Part shown: in pieces, positions 15,854 to 23,564 of the stretch
Layout: every line of letters begins with the position of its first letter
Numbering within the stretch: position 1 is the first letter of the stretch
Assembly (NCBI GenBank): GCA_945889565.1
Contig: CAMDBZ010000001.1
Location: 1-32,513, forward strand
Direction of reading: 5' to 3'
Source of the DNA: Thermoflexus hugenholtzii JAD2
GTDB lineage: Bacteria > Chloroflexota > Dehalococcoidia > UBA2979
Length of the DNA stretch: 32,513 nucleotides
Program-made: the position numbers and the translations under genes
The notes under the pieces: model-generated
Told to the model about the DNA's origin: nothing
Seen by the model: the letters and a program-made list of their open reading frames with translations, nothing else
Database searches by the model: none

Positions 15854-17911
15854 TTACGCCTCCGCGGTGGCGAGCTGCTTCAGCACCTGGTCCTGGACGT
15901 TCGCGGGGACCTCGGCGTAATGGTCGAAGGCGGTGGTGAAGCGGCCGCGGCCGCCGGTGAGCGCACGCAGGTCCACGGCGTAGCGTTGCACCTCGGCGAG
16001 CGGGGCTTCGGCCTGCACGATGCTGACGTCGCCGGCGGGCTCGACGCCGTGCACGTGGCCGCGGCGGCTGTTGAGGTCGCTCATTACGTCGCCGACGTGG
16101 TCGCCGGGGACGCGGATGGTCAGGCGCATCATCGGCTCCAGCAGCACGGGGCGCGCCTGGAGCATGCCCTGCTTGAGCGCCTGCGCGGCGGCGAGCTTGA
16201 ACGCCATCTCGGACGAGTCGACGGCGTGCGCGGAGCCGTCGAGGAGCGTCACGCACACGTCGACGATCGGCGAGTGCGCGAGCGGGCCGGCGGGGAGCGT
16301 CTCGACGATGCCCTTCTCGACGGCGGGGATGAACTGGCGCGGCACGTTGCCGCCGACGACGTGCTCCTCGAACGTGAAGCCGGCGCCGCGAGCGGCGGGG
16401 TGGATCTCGATCACGACGTGGCCGTACTGACCGTGGCCGCCGGTCTGCTTCTTGTGGCGGTACTCGGACTTCGCGGTCGCGCTGATCGTCTCGCGGTAGG
16501 GGACGCGCGGGAGGGTGGCGTCGACGGCGACGCCGAAGTTCTTTTCGAGGCGGGCAGCGGCGATCTGCGCCTGCGCGTCGCCGATGGTGGTGACGATCAC
16601 CTCCGCGGTGTCCGGGTCGCGGTGCACGCGGATGGTGGGATCCTGCTCGACGATGCGCGCGAGCGCGTGCGACAGTTTGTCGACGTCGGCCTTGGTGCGC
16701 GGGTGCAGCGCGGAGCGGTAAGTGGGCTCGGGGAACGGGAGCGGCGGCAGGCGCAGCGCCTTCTGCGCCTCGGAGGCGACGAACGTGTCGCCGGTGGTGG
16801 TGACGGCGAGCTTCGCGGCGACGCCGATGTCGCCGGCGACGAGCTCGGCGACGGCGATCTGCTCCTTGCCGCGCATCAGGAAGAGATGGCCGAGGCGCTC
16901 GGCGGCGGCGTGCTGCACGTTGTAGGGGTTCGCGTCCGGCTTGAGCGTGCCGGAGAGCACGCGGATGTAGGTGAGCCGGCCGACGAACGGATCGGCGGTG
17001 GTCTTGAACACGTGCGCGACGAGCGGCCCCTCGGCGGTGGTGGCCAGCGACTCGCCGGAGTCGAGGCGGTGCTCGCGGCCGAGCGGCGACGGGAGCAGCG
17101 CGACGAGGCGATCGAGCAACGCGTGGACGCCGATGGCGGCGAAGCCGGAAACGGCGAACACGGGCACGATGTCGCCTGCGTGCACGGCGGCCGCGAGCGC
17201 CGCCTCGAGGCGCGCGGTGTCGATCGCCGCGCCGTCCAGGTACGCCGTGAGCAGCTCGTCGTCGGTCTCGGCGACGGACTCGATCAGCTGGTCGCGCGCG
17301 GCCGCGACGGCGTCGGCAAGCGCGTCCGGGACGGGCGCGGGCGCGCCGTCGGCGCCGGTGCGCGCTTCGCCGGAGACGACGTCGACGACGCCGCTGAAGG
17401 AGTGTGCGGCGCCGATGGGCATCGTCACGGGCACGACGCGCGTGCCGAAGCGGGCGCGCAGCGCGGCGAGCACGGCGGCGAAGTCCGCGTTCTCGCGATC
17501 CATGCGCGTGACGACGAGCGCGCGGGGGAGCGCGCCGCGCCGGTCGGCGTGGTTCCAGGCGGTGTCGGTGCCGCCCTGGAGGCCGGCGACGGCGTCGACG
17601 AGCACGAGCGCGGCGTCGGCGGCGTGCGTCGCGGCGATGGCCTCGCCCTCGAAGTCCGGGTAGCCGGGGGCGTCGAGCACGTTGAGGCGGCGGTCCTGCC
17701 ACTCGACGGCGAGCAGCGACGTGGAGATGGAGTAGCGGTGCTGATGCTCCTGGTCGTCGAAGTCGGAGACGGTGTTGCGGTCCTCGACGCGGCCCATGCG
17801 CCCGATGGCGCCGGAAACGAAGAGCAGCGCCTCGGCGAGCGTCGTCTTCCCCGTGCCGCCGTGGCCGAGCAGGACCACGTTGCGGAGATGTTCGGGGCTG
17901 TACGCTCTCAC
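15854..17911 (-). CDS. elongation factor G paralogue (EF-G2 type translational GTPase)
   Basis: GTG 17911 has GGGAGG 6 nt upstream. G1 is GHGGTGKTTL, G3 is DAPGY, and G4 is the variant TRMD. The five-domain EF-G body is present (GDIGVAAKL, ETISATAKSEYRHKKQTGGHGQYGHV, FKLAAAQA). The N-terminus resembles Thermus EF-G-2 as I recall it (GHAGSGKTTLTEALL...DAPGYGDF). Confidence 0.9.
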   Translation of the reverse strand: MRAYSPEHLRNVVLLGHGGTGKTTLAEALLFVSGAIGRMGRVEDRNTVSDFDDQEHQHRYSISTSLLAVEWQDRRLNVLDAPGYPDFEGEAIAATHAADAALVLVDAVAGLQGGTDTAWNHADRRGALPRALVVTRMDRENADFAAVLAALRARFGTRVVPVTMPIGAAHSFSGVVDVVSGEARTGADGAPAPVPDALADAVAAARDQLIESVAETDDELLTAYLDGAAIDTARLEAALAAAVHAGDIVPVFAVSGFAAIGVHALLDRLVALLPSPLGREHRLDSGESLATTAEGPLVAHVFKTTADPFVGRLTYIRVLSGTLKPDANPYNVQHAAAERLGHLFLMRGKEQIAVAELVAGDIGVAAKLAVTTTGDTFVASEAQKALRLPPLPFPEPTYRSALHPRTKADVDKLSHALARIVEQDPTIRVHRDPDTAEVIVTTIGDAQAQIAAARLEKNFGVAVDATLPRVPYRETISATAKSEYRHKKQTGGHGQYGHVVIEIHPAARGAGFTFEEHVVGGNVPRQFIPAVEKGIVETLPAGPLAHSPIVDVCVTLLDGSAHAVDSSEMAFKLAAAQALKQGMLQARPVLLEPMMRLTIRVPGDHVGDVMSDLNSRRGHVHGVEPAGDVSIVQAEAPLAEVQRYAVDLRALTGGRGRFTTAFDHYAEVPANVQDQVLKQLATAEA

Positions 17912-17979
17912 GGTTCGCCTCCCTGGTGTGCAAGCGCGCTCCTCACCTGAGCGCCCGCACCATGGGTTGCCCGGGGGCG

Positions 17980-18025
17980 GCCCTCGCCCCCAGCCCCTCC
18001 CCCCGCGAAGCGGGGCGAGGGGGGC
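17980..18025. repeat. GC-rich palindromic REP-like element, copy 1
   Basis: GCCCTCGCCCCCAGCCCCTCCCCCCGCGAAGCGGGGCGAGGGGGGC. An internal hairpin pairs CCCCTCCCCCCGC with GCGGGGCGAGGGG (12 of 13 bp). About 90% identical to copy 2. It lies in the divergent intergenic region. Confidence 0.65.
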
Positions 18026-18157
18026 AAGACACGGGCATCGTAGCGCTCCGGGGGCGGCCTCACAAACGTGATACGTCGTGTCGATTATCGTGCTTGAGAT
18101 GCTGCATGACCTCGACGAGCGCGCGGGTGGCTGGGAGCTGAGGCACGGGGGGCGCGG

Positions 18158-18547
18158 ATGATCGCCGCGTGGGTGCTGGGACACTCGTCGGCGCGGCCGG
18201 CGCGGGCGGTGCTGCTGGCGGGCGCAGCGTGGCTGGTCGCGGTGGCGCTGTTCGTCGTCGTGGGGATGGCCGCGTTCGTGCTGTCGGGCGTCGACGGCGG
18301 GACCGCGCGCGCGATCCTTGTGCTGTACCCGCTGTTCTTCAGCGCGTCGGCAGTGGCGGTGTGGCTGCTGTACGTGACGCTGTACTACGCGGGCTTCCGG
18401 CTGCGCGCCAGCTATCCGGGTCGACGCGACGCGCTTGCGGCGGCGCACCGGCGCGCGCTGCAGTGGACGGCGCTGCTGCTGTACGCGTACGCGCTGATCG
18501 CGCTGGTGGCGGCGGGCGTGCTGCTGGTGCTCGCAGCGCTGGGCTGA
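18158..18547 (+). CDS. small integral membrane protein (129 aa, about 4 TM segments), unknown function
   Basis: ATG 18158. The protein is strongly hydrophobic (AVLLAGAAWLVAVALFVVVGMAAFVL, ILVLYPLFFSASAVAVWLLYVTLYY, LLLYAYALIALVAAGVLLVLAAL) with short positively charged loops. Confidence 0.6.
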   Translation: MIAAWVLGHSSARPARAVLLAGAAWLVAVALFVVVGMAAFVLSGVDGGTARAILVLYPLFFSASAVAVWLLYVTLYYAGFRLRASYPGRRDALAAAHRRALQWTALLLYAYALIALVAAGVLLVLAALG

Positions 18548-18553
18548 GTCTTG

Positions 18554-18580
18554 GGCGGCGCGGCTCCGGTCCGCGCCGCG
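18554..18580 (+). terminator. GC-rich hairpin downstream of the small membrane-protein gene (possible terminator, no U-tract)
   Basis: GCGGCGCGG (18555-18563) pairs with CCGCGCCGC (18571-18579), giving a 9-bp stem and a 7-nt loop. Confidence 0.3.
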
Positions 18581-18632
18581 TGCAGTCTCGGGCGGCGCCG
18601 ACTGCGGGCACGCCGGGCCGCGGCACCTCGGA

Positions 18633-18679
18633 GCCCTCACCCCCGGCCCCTCTCCCCGCGTCGCGGGGCGAGGGGAGGC
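18633..18679. repeat. GC-rich palindromic REP-like element, copy 2
   Basis: GCCCTCACCCCCGGCCCCTCTCCCCGCGTCGCGGGGCGAGGGGAGGC. Same orientation as copy 1. It lies between the convergent 3' ends of the membrane-protein gene and recJ, where it may act as a bidirectional terminator hairpin. Confidence 0.65.
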
Positions 18680-18685
18680 GGAGCG

Positions 18686-20407
18686 CTAACTCGGGTCGCT
18701 GGGGCGCAGGTCGAGCACCTCGAGCTGGAGGGTGCCGCGCAGCGAGTCGCGGCGGAAGGGGTAGGCGAGGTCGGCGAGCTGGCCGTCGGGGACGGCGCGC
18801 TCCGCGGATCGGAAGGCGATCGCGCGCCAGGTGGCGGGGCCTTCCTTCAGCTTGAATTGCAGGTGCGCCTGGTCGGCGCCGAGCAGCTTGCTCTCGAGGA
18901 TGCGCACGCCGCGCGCGAGGAACGTGGGGGTGACGTTGCCGGGGCCGTGCGGCCCGACACGCTGGAGCCAGCGCAGCACGTCGCTGTTGACGGCGCGTAG
19001 CGGGAGCTCGGCGTCGATGGCGAGCTCGGGGATGAGCTGCTCGGCGGTGAGGTGACGCGCGGCGTCGGCGATGAGCGTGGCGCGCACCTCGGGCAGGCGC
19101 GCGGGGTCGAGCGAGAAGCCGGCCGCGGCGCGGTGGCCGCCGAAGCGCGCGAAGAGGTGCGCGTGGCGCTGCAAGAGCGCGGTGATGTCGAACACGGGGA
19201 GCGAGCGGCAGGAGGCGCGCCCCTCACCATCGCGCAGCTCCATGACGATAGCGGGGCGGTGGAACTGCTCGACGAGGCGCGAGGCGACGAGGCCGACGAT
19301 GCCCGCCGAGAGCTCGTCGGAGGCGACGACGAGCAGCGGGCCGGCGCGCTCCGCCTCGGTGAGCAGCGACGCGGCGAGCTCGCACGCGCGCGTGGTGTCG
19401 GCGCGACGGCGCTCGTTCAGCACCTCGAGGCGGGCGGCGAGCGCGGCGGCGGTGTCGGGGGAGTCGGTGAGCAGCAGGTCGAGCGCGAGGCGAGCGTGCT
19501 CCATGCGGCCGGCGGCATTGAGCCGCGGGCCGAGCGCCCAGCCGCACATCTCGACGTCGGCGTCGGCGAGGTCGACGCGCGCGACCGCGGCGAGCGCGCG
19601 CAGGCCGGGGCGGCGCGTGCGCGCGAGCGCGACGAGGCCGATACGCACGAGGTCGCGTGTCTCGCCGAGCAGCGGCGCGAGGTCGCAGATGCAGCCGAGC
19701 GCGGCGAGCGCCCGGTGCTCGTCCGGGTCGTAGGGCACGCCGAGGCGGTCGTACAGGTCGTGCACGACTTTGTAGGCGACGCCGACGGCGGCGGGCTCCG
19801 AGCCGTACTGGGAGCCGTCGAGCTTGGGGTTGACGATGGCGAGGGCGTCCGGCAGCACGTCCGGCGCGGTGTGGTGGTCGATGATGATGGCGTCCATGGC
19901 GAGCTCGTTGGCGAGCGAGATCTCGGCGACGGCGGAAGTGCCGCAGTCGGCGGTGACGAACACGGTGGCCCCGCGCGCGCGCAGCTCGCGGACGGCGGCG
20001 GCGTTGGGGCCGTAGCCCTCGCTGAAGCGGTCCGGGATGTAGGGCATGGGCAGGGCGCCGAGCGCGGCGAGGCCCTCGGTGAGCACGACGGTGGAGGTGA
20101 TGCCGTCGACGTCGAAGTCGCCGAAGACGGCGACGCGCTCGCCGGCGCGGCAGGCCTGCGCGAGACGGTCGACGGCGACGTCGAGGTTGGGCATGAGCGT
20201 GGCGGCGGTGAGCTCGCCCGGCGCGCCGAGGTAGTGCTCGCCCTCGGCGACGGAGCGCACGCCGCGGTGCGCGAGCAGCGTGGAGACGAGCGTGGGCCAC
20301 GGCGCGCCCTCGAACGCGGCGATGTCGCCGGGGGCGCGCAGGCGCCAGCGGCGGCCGGGGGAGCCGGGGAGCAGCAGGTCGGCGGCGGGCGCGGGGGCGG
20401 TGGTCAT
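18686..20407 (-). CDS. recJ: single-stranded-DNA-specific exonuclease RecJ
   Basis: DHH-family motifs are present (VFGDFDVDGITS, ADCGTS, IIIDHHT), together with the DHHA1 region (GGHRAAAGF) and a C-terminal OB-like domain. Confidence 0.93.
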   Translation of the reverse strand: MTTAPAPAADLLLPGSPGRRWRLRAPGDIAAFEGAPWPTLVSTLLAHRGVRSVAEGEHYLGAPGELTAATLMPNLDVAVDRLAQACRAGERVAVFGDFDVDGITSTVVLTEGLAALGALPMPYIPDRFSEGYGPNAAAVRELRARGATVFVTADCGTSAVAEISLANELAMDAIIIDHHTAPDVLPDALAIVNPKLDGSQYGSEPAAVGVAYKVVHDLYDRLGVPYDPDEHRALAALGCICDLAPLLGETRDLVRIGLVALARTRRPGLRALAAVARVDLADADVEMCGWALGPRLNAAGRMEHARLALDLLLTDSPDTAAALAARLEVLNERRRADTTRACELAASLLTEAERAGPLLVVASDELSAGIVGLVASRLVEQFHRPAIVMELRDGEGRASCRSLPVFDITALLQRHAHLFARFGGHRAAAGFSLDPARLPEVRATLIADAARHLTAEQLIPELAIDAELPLRAVNSDVLRWLQRVGPHGPGNVTPTFLARGVRILESKLLGADQAHLQFKLKEGPATWRAIAFRSAERAVPDGQLADLAYPFRRDSLRGTLQLEVLDLRPSDPS

Positions 20408-20476
20408 GGGCGTGCCTCGGGGGAGGTTGGGGGCATTGTCGGTGGTGGGGCGGGAGGGGGGAAGCGGCGTGAGACC

Positions 20477-21520
20477 CTACGGAGCGGACGAAGTCACCCA
20501 GCCTTCTCTACTCAGCCGCTCCCAAGCGATGCCAATCGCACGCTCGCCGAAGATTCGCCGCTTCCGCTCGTTCCAGCTGTGAACGGCGGCTACCACCTGG
20601 CCCAAATCGCGCCCGGTGTTACCCAGCTCATGCACTGCCCAATCAACCGTCGCAATCAGCTCCATTCCATGGGGAGTTTCAAACCCTTCAATGAGCCGAC
20701 TCACGCGCTCCAATCGATGAAGTGATTCCTCGTGCCCCTGTAGAAAATTGCTCGCTTCCTGGATGCCGTCAGGCAAAACCGCAATCTCAGCGCCGCGACT
20801 TCGATCGCCGTAACCTCGCGTGAAATGACCTTCAGTTGCCTGAAGGACGAAGTTCAGATTCTCGGCATACGGGCCGTACTTATCCTTAACGTAGTTGAGC
20901 TTCAGCTGCTCACCTGCCCTCTGCAGCAGGTACGCCAATTTCTGAATCTCGAGAAGAGTCAGTCGGTAGCCGATACCTTGGTACCGCTCCATTACCGCGA
21001 TCAGGATCGCACGTCCGGGCGTCATGTCCGGACGCTTCGTTCTGACCCTCATCTCATCGGCGACTGGGGCACCGTCGGGCTCGAAAAGCAGCACCTCGAC
21101 GCCGGGCAACGCCTCGAAAGCGCGTTCGATCCGCGGTCGAACTTCGCTCCAATCTAGGCCACCGTTCCCGCATCCGAGCGGAGGAACGGCCACTGACTTC
21201 AAGCCCAGTCGCCGAACGTCCCCGACGAGTGCCTGCAGCCCAGCTTCGATGTCCTCTAGGCGAGACTTGCCGCGCCAATGGCGTTTCGTCGGGAAGTTGA
21301 TGATGAAGCGGGGATGCTCGCCGAGCATCGGCACCACCAGCATCCTTCCGACCTCGACCTCGCCCGCACGGCACGCTCGCTCGTAGACCTTGTAGTTGCC
21401 GGGGAAAGCCTGTTTGAACTGTAGCGCGATGCCTTTACCCATCACACCGACGCAGTTAACAGTATTCACCAGCGCGTCGGCGTCGGCATCGAGTAGATTC
21501 CCTCGCATCAGGTCAATCAT
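20477..21520 (-). CDS. darG: DarG-type antitoxin: N-terminal macrodomain (ADP-ribosyl-DNA glycohydrolase) plus C-terminal toxin-binding domain
   Basis: Macrodomain motifs ALVNTVNCVGVMGKGIALQFK and PPLGCGNGGL. The C-terminal part of about 190 aa carries LLEIQKLAYLLQ...DKYGPY. The gene sits directly downstream of darT (15-nt gap). G+C is lower than in the flanks. Confidence 0.88.
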   Translation of the reverse strand: MIDLMRGNLLDADADALVNTVNCVGVMGKGIALQFKQAFPGNYKVYERACRAGEVEVGRMLVVPMLGEHPRFIINFPTKRHWRGKSRLEDIEAGLQALVGDVRRLGLKSVAVPPLGCGNGGLDWSEVRPRIERAFEALPGVEVLLFEPDGAPVADEMRVRTKRPDMTPGRAILIAVMERYQGIGYRLTLLEIQKLAYLLQRAGEQLKLNYVKDKYGPYAENLNFVLQATEGHFTRGYGDRSRGAEIAVLPDGIQEASNFLQGHEESLHRLERVSRLIEGFETPHGMELIATVDWAVHELGNTGRDLGQVVAAVHSWNERKRRIFGERAIGIAWERLSREGWVTSSAP

Positions 21521-21535
21521 GATAGCACCGATGTT

Positions 21536-22195
21536 CTAGTAATACCACTCCCGCTTCACGCGCACGGGGCGCGCGCGCCCGTTCTGCTCGGCCGCTAGCG
21601 CCGCCTGCACGTGACCAGCGACGTCGGGGTTCATGACTCCGATTGCCTCGATCGCGTCCCACGGCAGGAAACCGCGCGTAAGAAACTCGGCCTGCCGACG
21701 GCGTTTGCGATCCCCGTCTTCGACCGTGTCATTCCAGTAAGTTCTGGTCATCAACGGCCAATCGACCTTATCGAGATCCGCCGGGTCAGTGAAAAACTGT
21801 GTCGTCGCTACGATCGCGTGACCATCCGTGAAGACGAACCGCGCACCGGTCTGCTGGACCCCCACGAACGAACTAACGAGGTGAACTATGGTGTCCTGAA
21901 CACGACCGGGTACACGGCCGGACTTAATGGGAAGGAGCATGGGCGGCCGGACACAGAAGAACAGCGGGACGTAGTCGTGCAGACCACCACCTTGGCCGCA
22001 AGGCACGATCGTCTCAGCCCGCCGCTTCTGGACCTCGGCGTAGGCGATGCTGGTGTGGCGAATACCTCGGGCTGCCAGCCCAGCGTGACAAGTAAGGCCG
22101 CCGTCCTTCAGGATCGACGGCAGATTGCTCACGTCGGTGATGTGAATCAGGGGAACCTGGTTCGGCACTGGAAACGGTGGCGGCAAGGGCGACAC
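21536..22195 (-). CDS. darT: DarT-type DNA ADP-ribosyltransferase toxin (DUF4433 family)
   Basis: 219 aa. It aligns nearly end to end with Thermus aquaticus DarT as I recall it: PLIHITDVSNLPSIL, SIAYAEVQKRRA, GGLHDYVPLFFC.RPPML, IVHLVSS, FVFTDGHA, RRQAEFL (glutamate at the position of the catalytic Glu), REWYY C-terminus. The start at GTG 22195 is tentative. Confidence 0.9.
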   Translation of the reverse strand: MSPLPPPFPVPNQVPLIHITDVSNLPSILKDGGLTCHAGLAARGIRHTSIAYAEVQKRRAETIVPCGQGGGLHDYVPLFFCVRPPMLLPIKSGRVPGRVQDTIVHLVSSFVGVQQTGARFVFTDGHAIVATTQFFTDPADLDKVDWPLMTRTYWNDTVEDGDRKRRRQAEFLTRGFLPWDAIEAIGVMNPDVAGHVQAALAAEQNGRARPVRVKREWYY

Positions 22196-22286
22196 TCCCG
22201 AAACCTCTGGGCTACCCGCATCCTAGCCGACGACGCGGCAGTCCTGCACTTCCTCTCAACACCCGCAACTCTTGCGCAACCTGAAT

Positions 22287-23564
22287 CTACCCCTCCCACC
22301 GGCGGAAGATCAGGCTCGAGTTGTGGCCGCCGAAGCCGAGTGAGTTCGACATGGCCCAGTCGATGCGGAGGTCGCGGGGGCCTTCGGGGACGTAGTCGAG
22401 GTCGCAGTCGGGGTCGGGGATGATGAGGTTGCGCGTCTTGTGGATGCGCTGGTCGCGGATCGAGAGCACGGTGACCGCGGCCTCGATGCCGCCGCACGCG
22501 CCGAGGGTGTGGCCGACCATCGACTTCGTCGAGGACATCGGGATGCCGCGCGCGGCTTCGCCGAAGACGGTCTTCACGGACATCGTCTCGAACTTGTCGT
22601 TGAGCGGCGTGCTGGTGCCGTGGGGGTTGATGTAGTCGATGTCGCTGGCGGGGATGCCGGCCTTGCGCAGCGCGATGTTCATGGCGCGCGCAGCGCCCTC
22701 GCCGTGCTCGGACGGTTGCGTGACGTGGAAGGCATCGGCGGACTGCCCGTAGCTGACGAACTCGGCGAGGATGTTCGCGCCGCGCGCACGCGCGAACTCG
22801 AGGTCTTCGAGCACGAGCGTGGCGGCGCCTTCGCCGAGCACGAAGCCGTCGCGCTCGAGGTCGTACGGGCGGGAGGCGTGCTCGGGGTCGTCGTTGCGCT
22901 TCGTGGAGAGCGCGCGCGACGACGCGAAGGAGGCGATGCCCATGCGCGTGATGCAGGACTCCGCGCCGCCTGCGAGCATGGCGACGGCATCGCCGCGGCG
23001 GATCACCTCGAGGGCGGTGCCGAGGGCGTCGGCGCCGGAAGCGCAGGCGGAGACAGGGTTGTAGTTCGGGCCGCGCGCGCCGAACTGGATGGAGACCTGG
23101 CCCGCGGCCATGTCCGGGATGAACATCGGCACGAGGAAGGGGGAGACGCGGCCGGGGCCCTTCTCGAAGAGCACGTGGAACTGTTCCTCGAGCGTGGTGA
23201 GGCCGCCGATGCCGGAGCCGATCATCACGCCGATCTCGTCGCGGTGCGCGGGGATGTCGAGGCCGGCGTGCGCGATCGCTTCGCCCGAGGCGGCGATCGC
23301 GAGGTGCACGAAGCGGTCCATGCGGCGCGCTTCCTTGCGGTCGACGTACTGCAGTGCGTCGAAGCCCTGCACTTCCCCGGCGATCGTCGAGTCCAGATCG
23401 GTGGTATCGCAGAGCGTGATCGGGCGTATGCCGTTCGCGCCATCGAGCAGCGCGCTCCACGTTTGCTCGCGGCCGATGCCGACGCCGGTGACCATGCCAA
23501 TACCAGTGATGACGACGCGACGCCCCGTGTTGAAGCGGGCGCCGGCGTCATTCGCGAGTGTCAT
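22287..23564 (-). CDS. fabF: 3-oxoacyl-ACP synthase II (KAS II), downstream paralogue
   Basis: RRVVITGIGMVT, active-site Cys in VSACASG, His in NPHGTSTPLND and STKSMVGHTLGACG. ATG 23564 overlaps the stop of the upstream KAS gene (TGATG on the minus strand). Confidence 0.92.
   Translation of the reverse strand: MTLANDAGARFNTGRRVVITGIGMVTGVGIGREQTWSALLDGANGIRPITLCDTTDLDSTIAGEVQGFDALQYVDRKEARRMDRFVHLAIAASGEAIAHAGLDIPAHRDEIGVMIGSGIGGLTTLEEQFHVLFEKGPGRVSPFLVPMFIPDMAAGQVSIQFGARGPNYNPVSACASGADALGTALEVIRRGDAVAMLAGGAESCITRMGIASFASSRALSTKRNDDPEHASRPYDLERDGFVLGEGAATLVLEDLEFARARGANILAEFVSYGQSADAFHVTQPSEHGEGAARAMNIALRKAGIPASDIDYINPHGTSTPLNDKFETMSVKTVFGEAARGIPMSSTKSMVGHTLGACGGIEAAVTVLSIRDQRIHKTRNLIIPDPDCDLDYVPEGPRDLRIDWAMSNSLGFGGHNSSLIFRRWEG

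Noticed and set aside
15429-17950. 834-aa minus-strand ORF (15429-17933) and 709-aa plus-strand ORF (15821-17950) over the EF-G2 locus
   Set aside because: The 834-aa ORF joins the plausible small membrane ORF (its C-terminus) to an off-frame Arg/Pro run through the EF-G2 gene. The plus-strand ORF is Gly/Ala/Arg/Asp low complexity antisense to EF-G2. Only the 15854-17911 frame carries GTPase motifs.
19052-20725. 557-aa plus-strand ORF antisense to recJ, and the 18169-18855 and 18551-19000 ORFs
   Set aside because: They are Gly/Arg/Ala-rich and antisense to recJ, which has clear DHH motifs. There are no motifs of their own.
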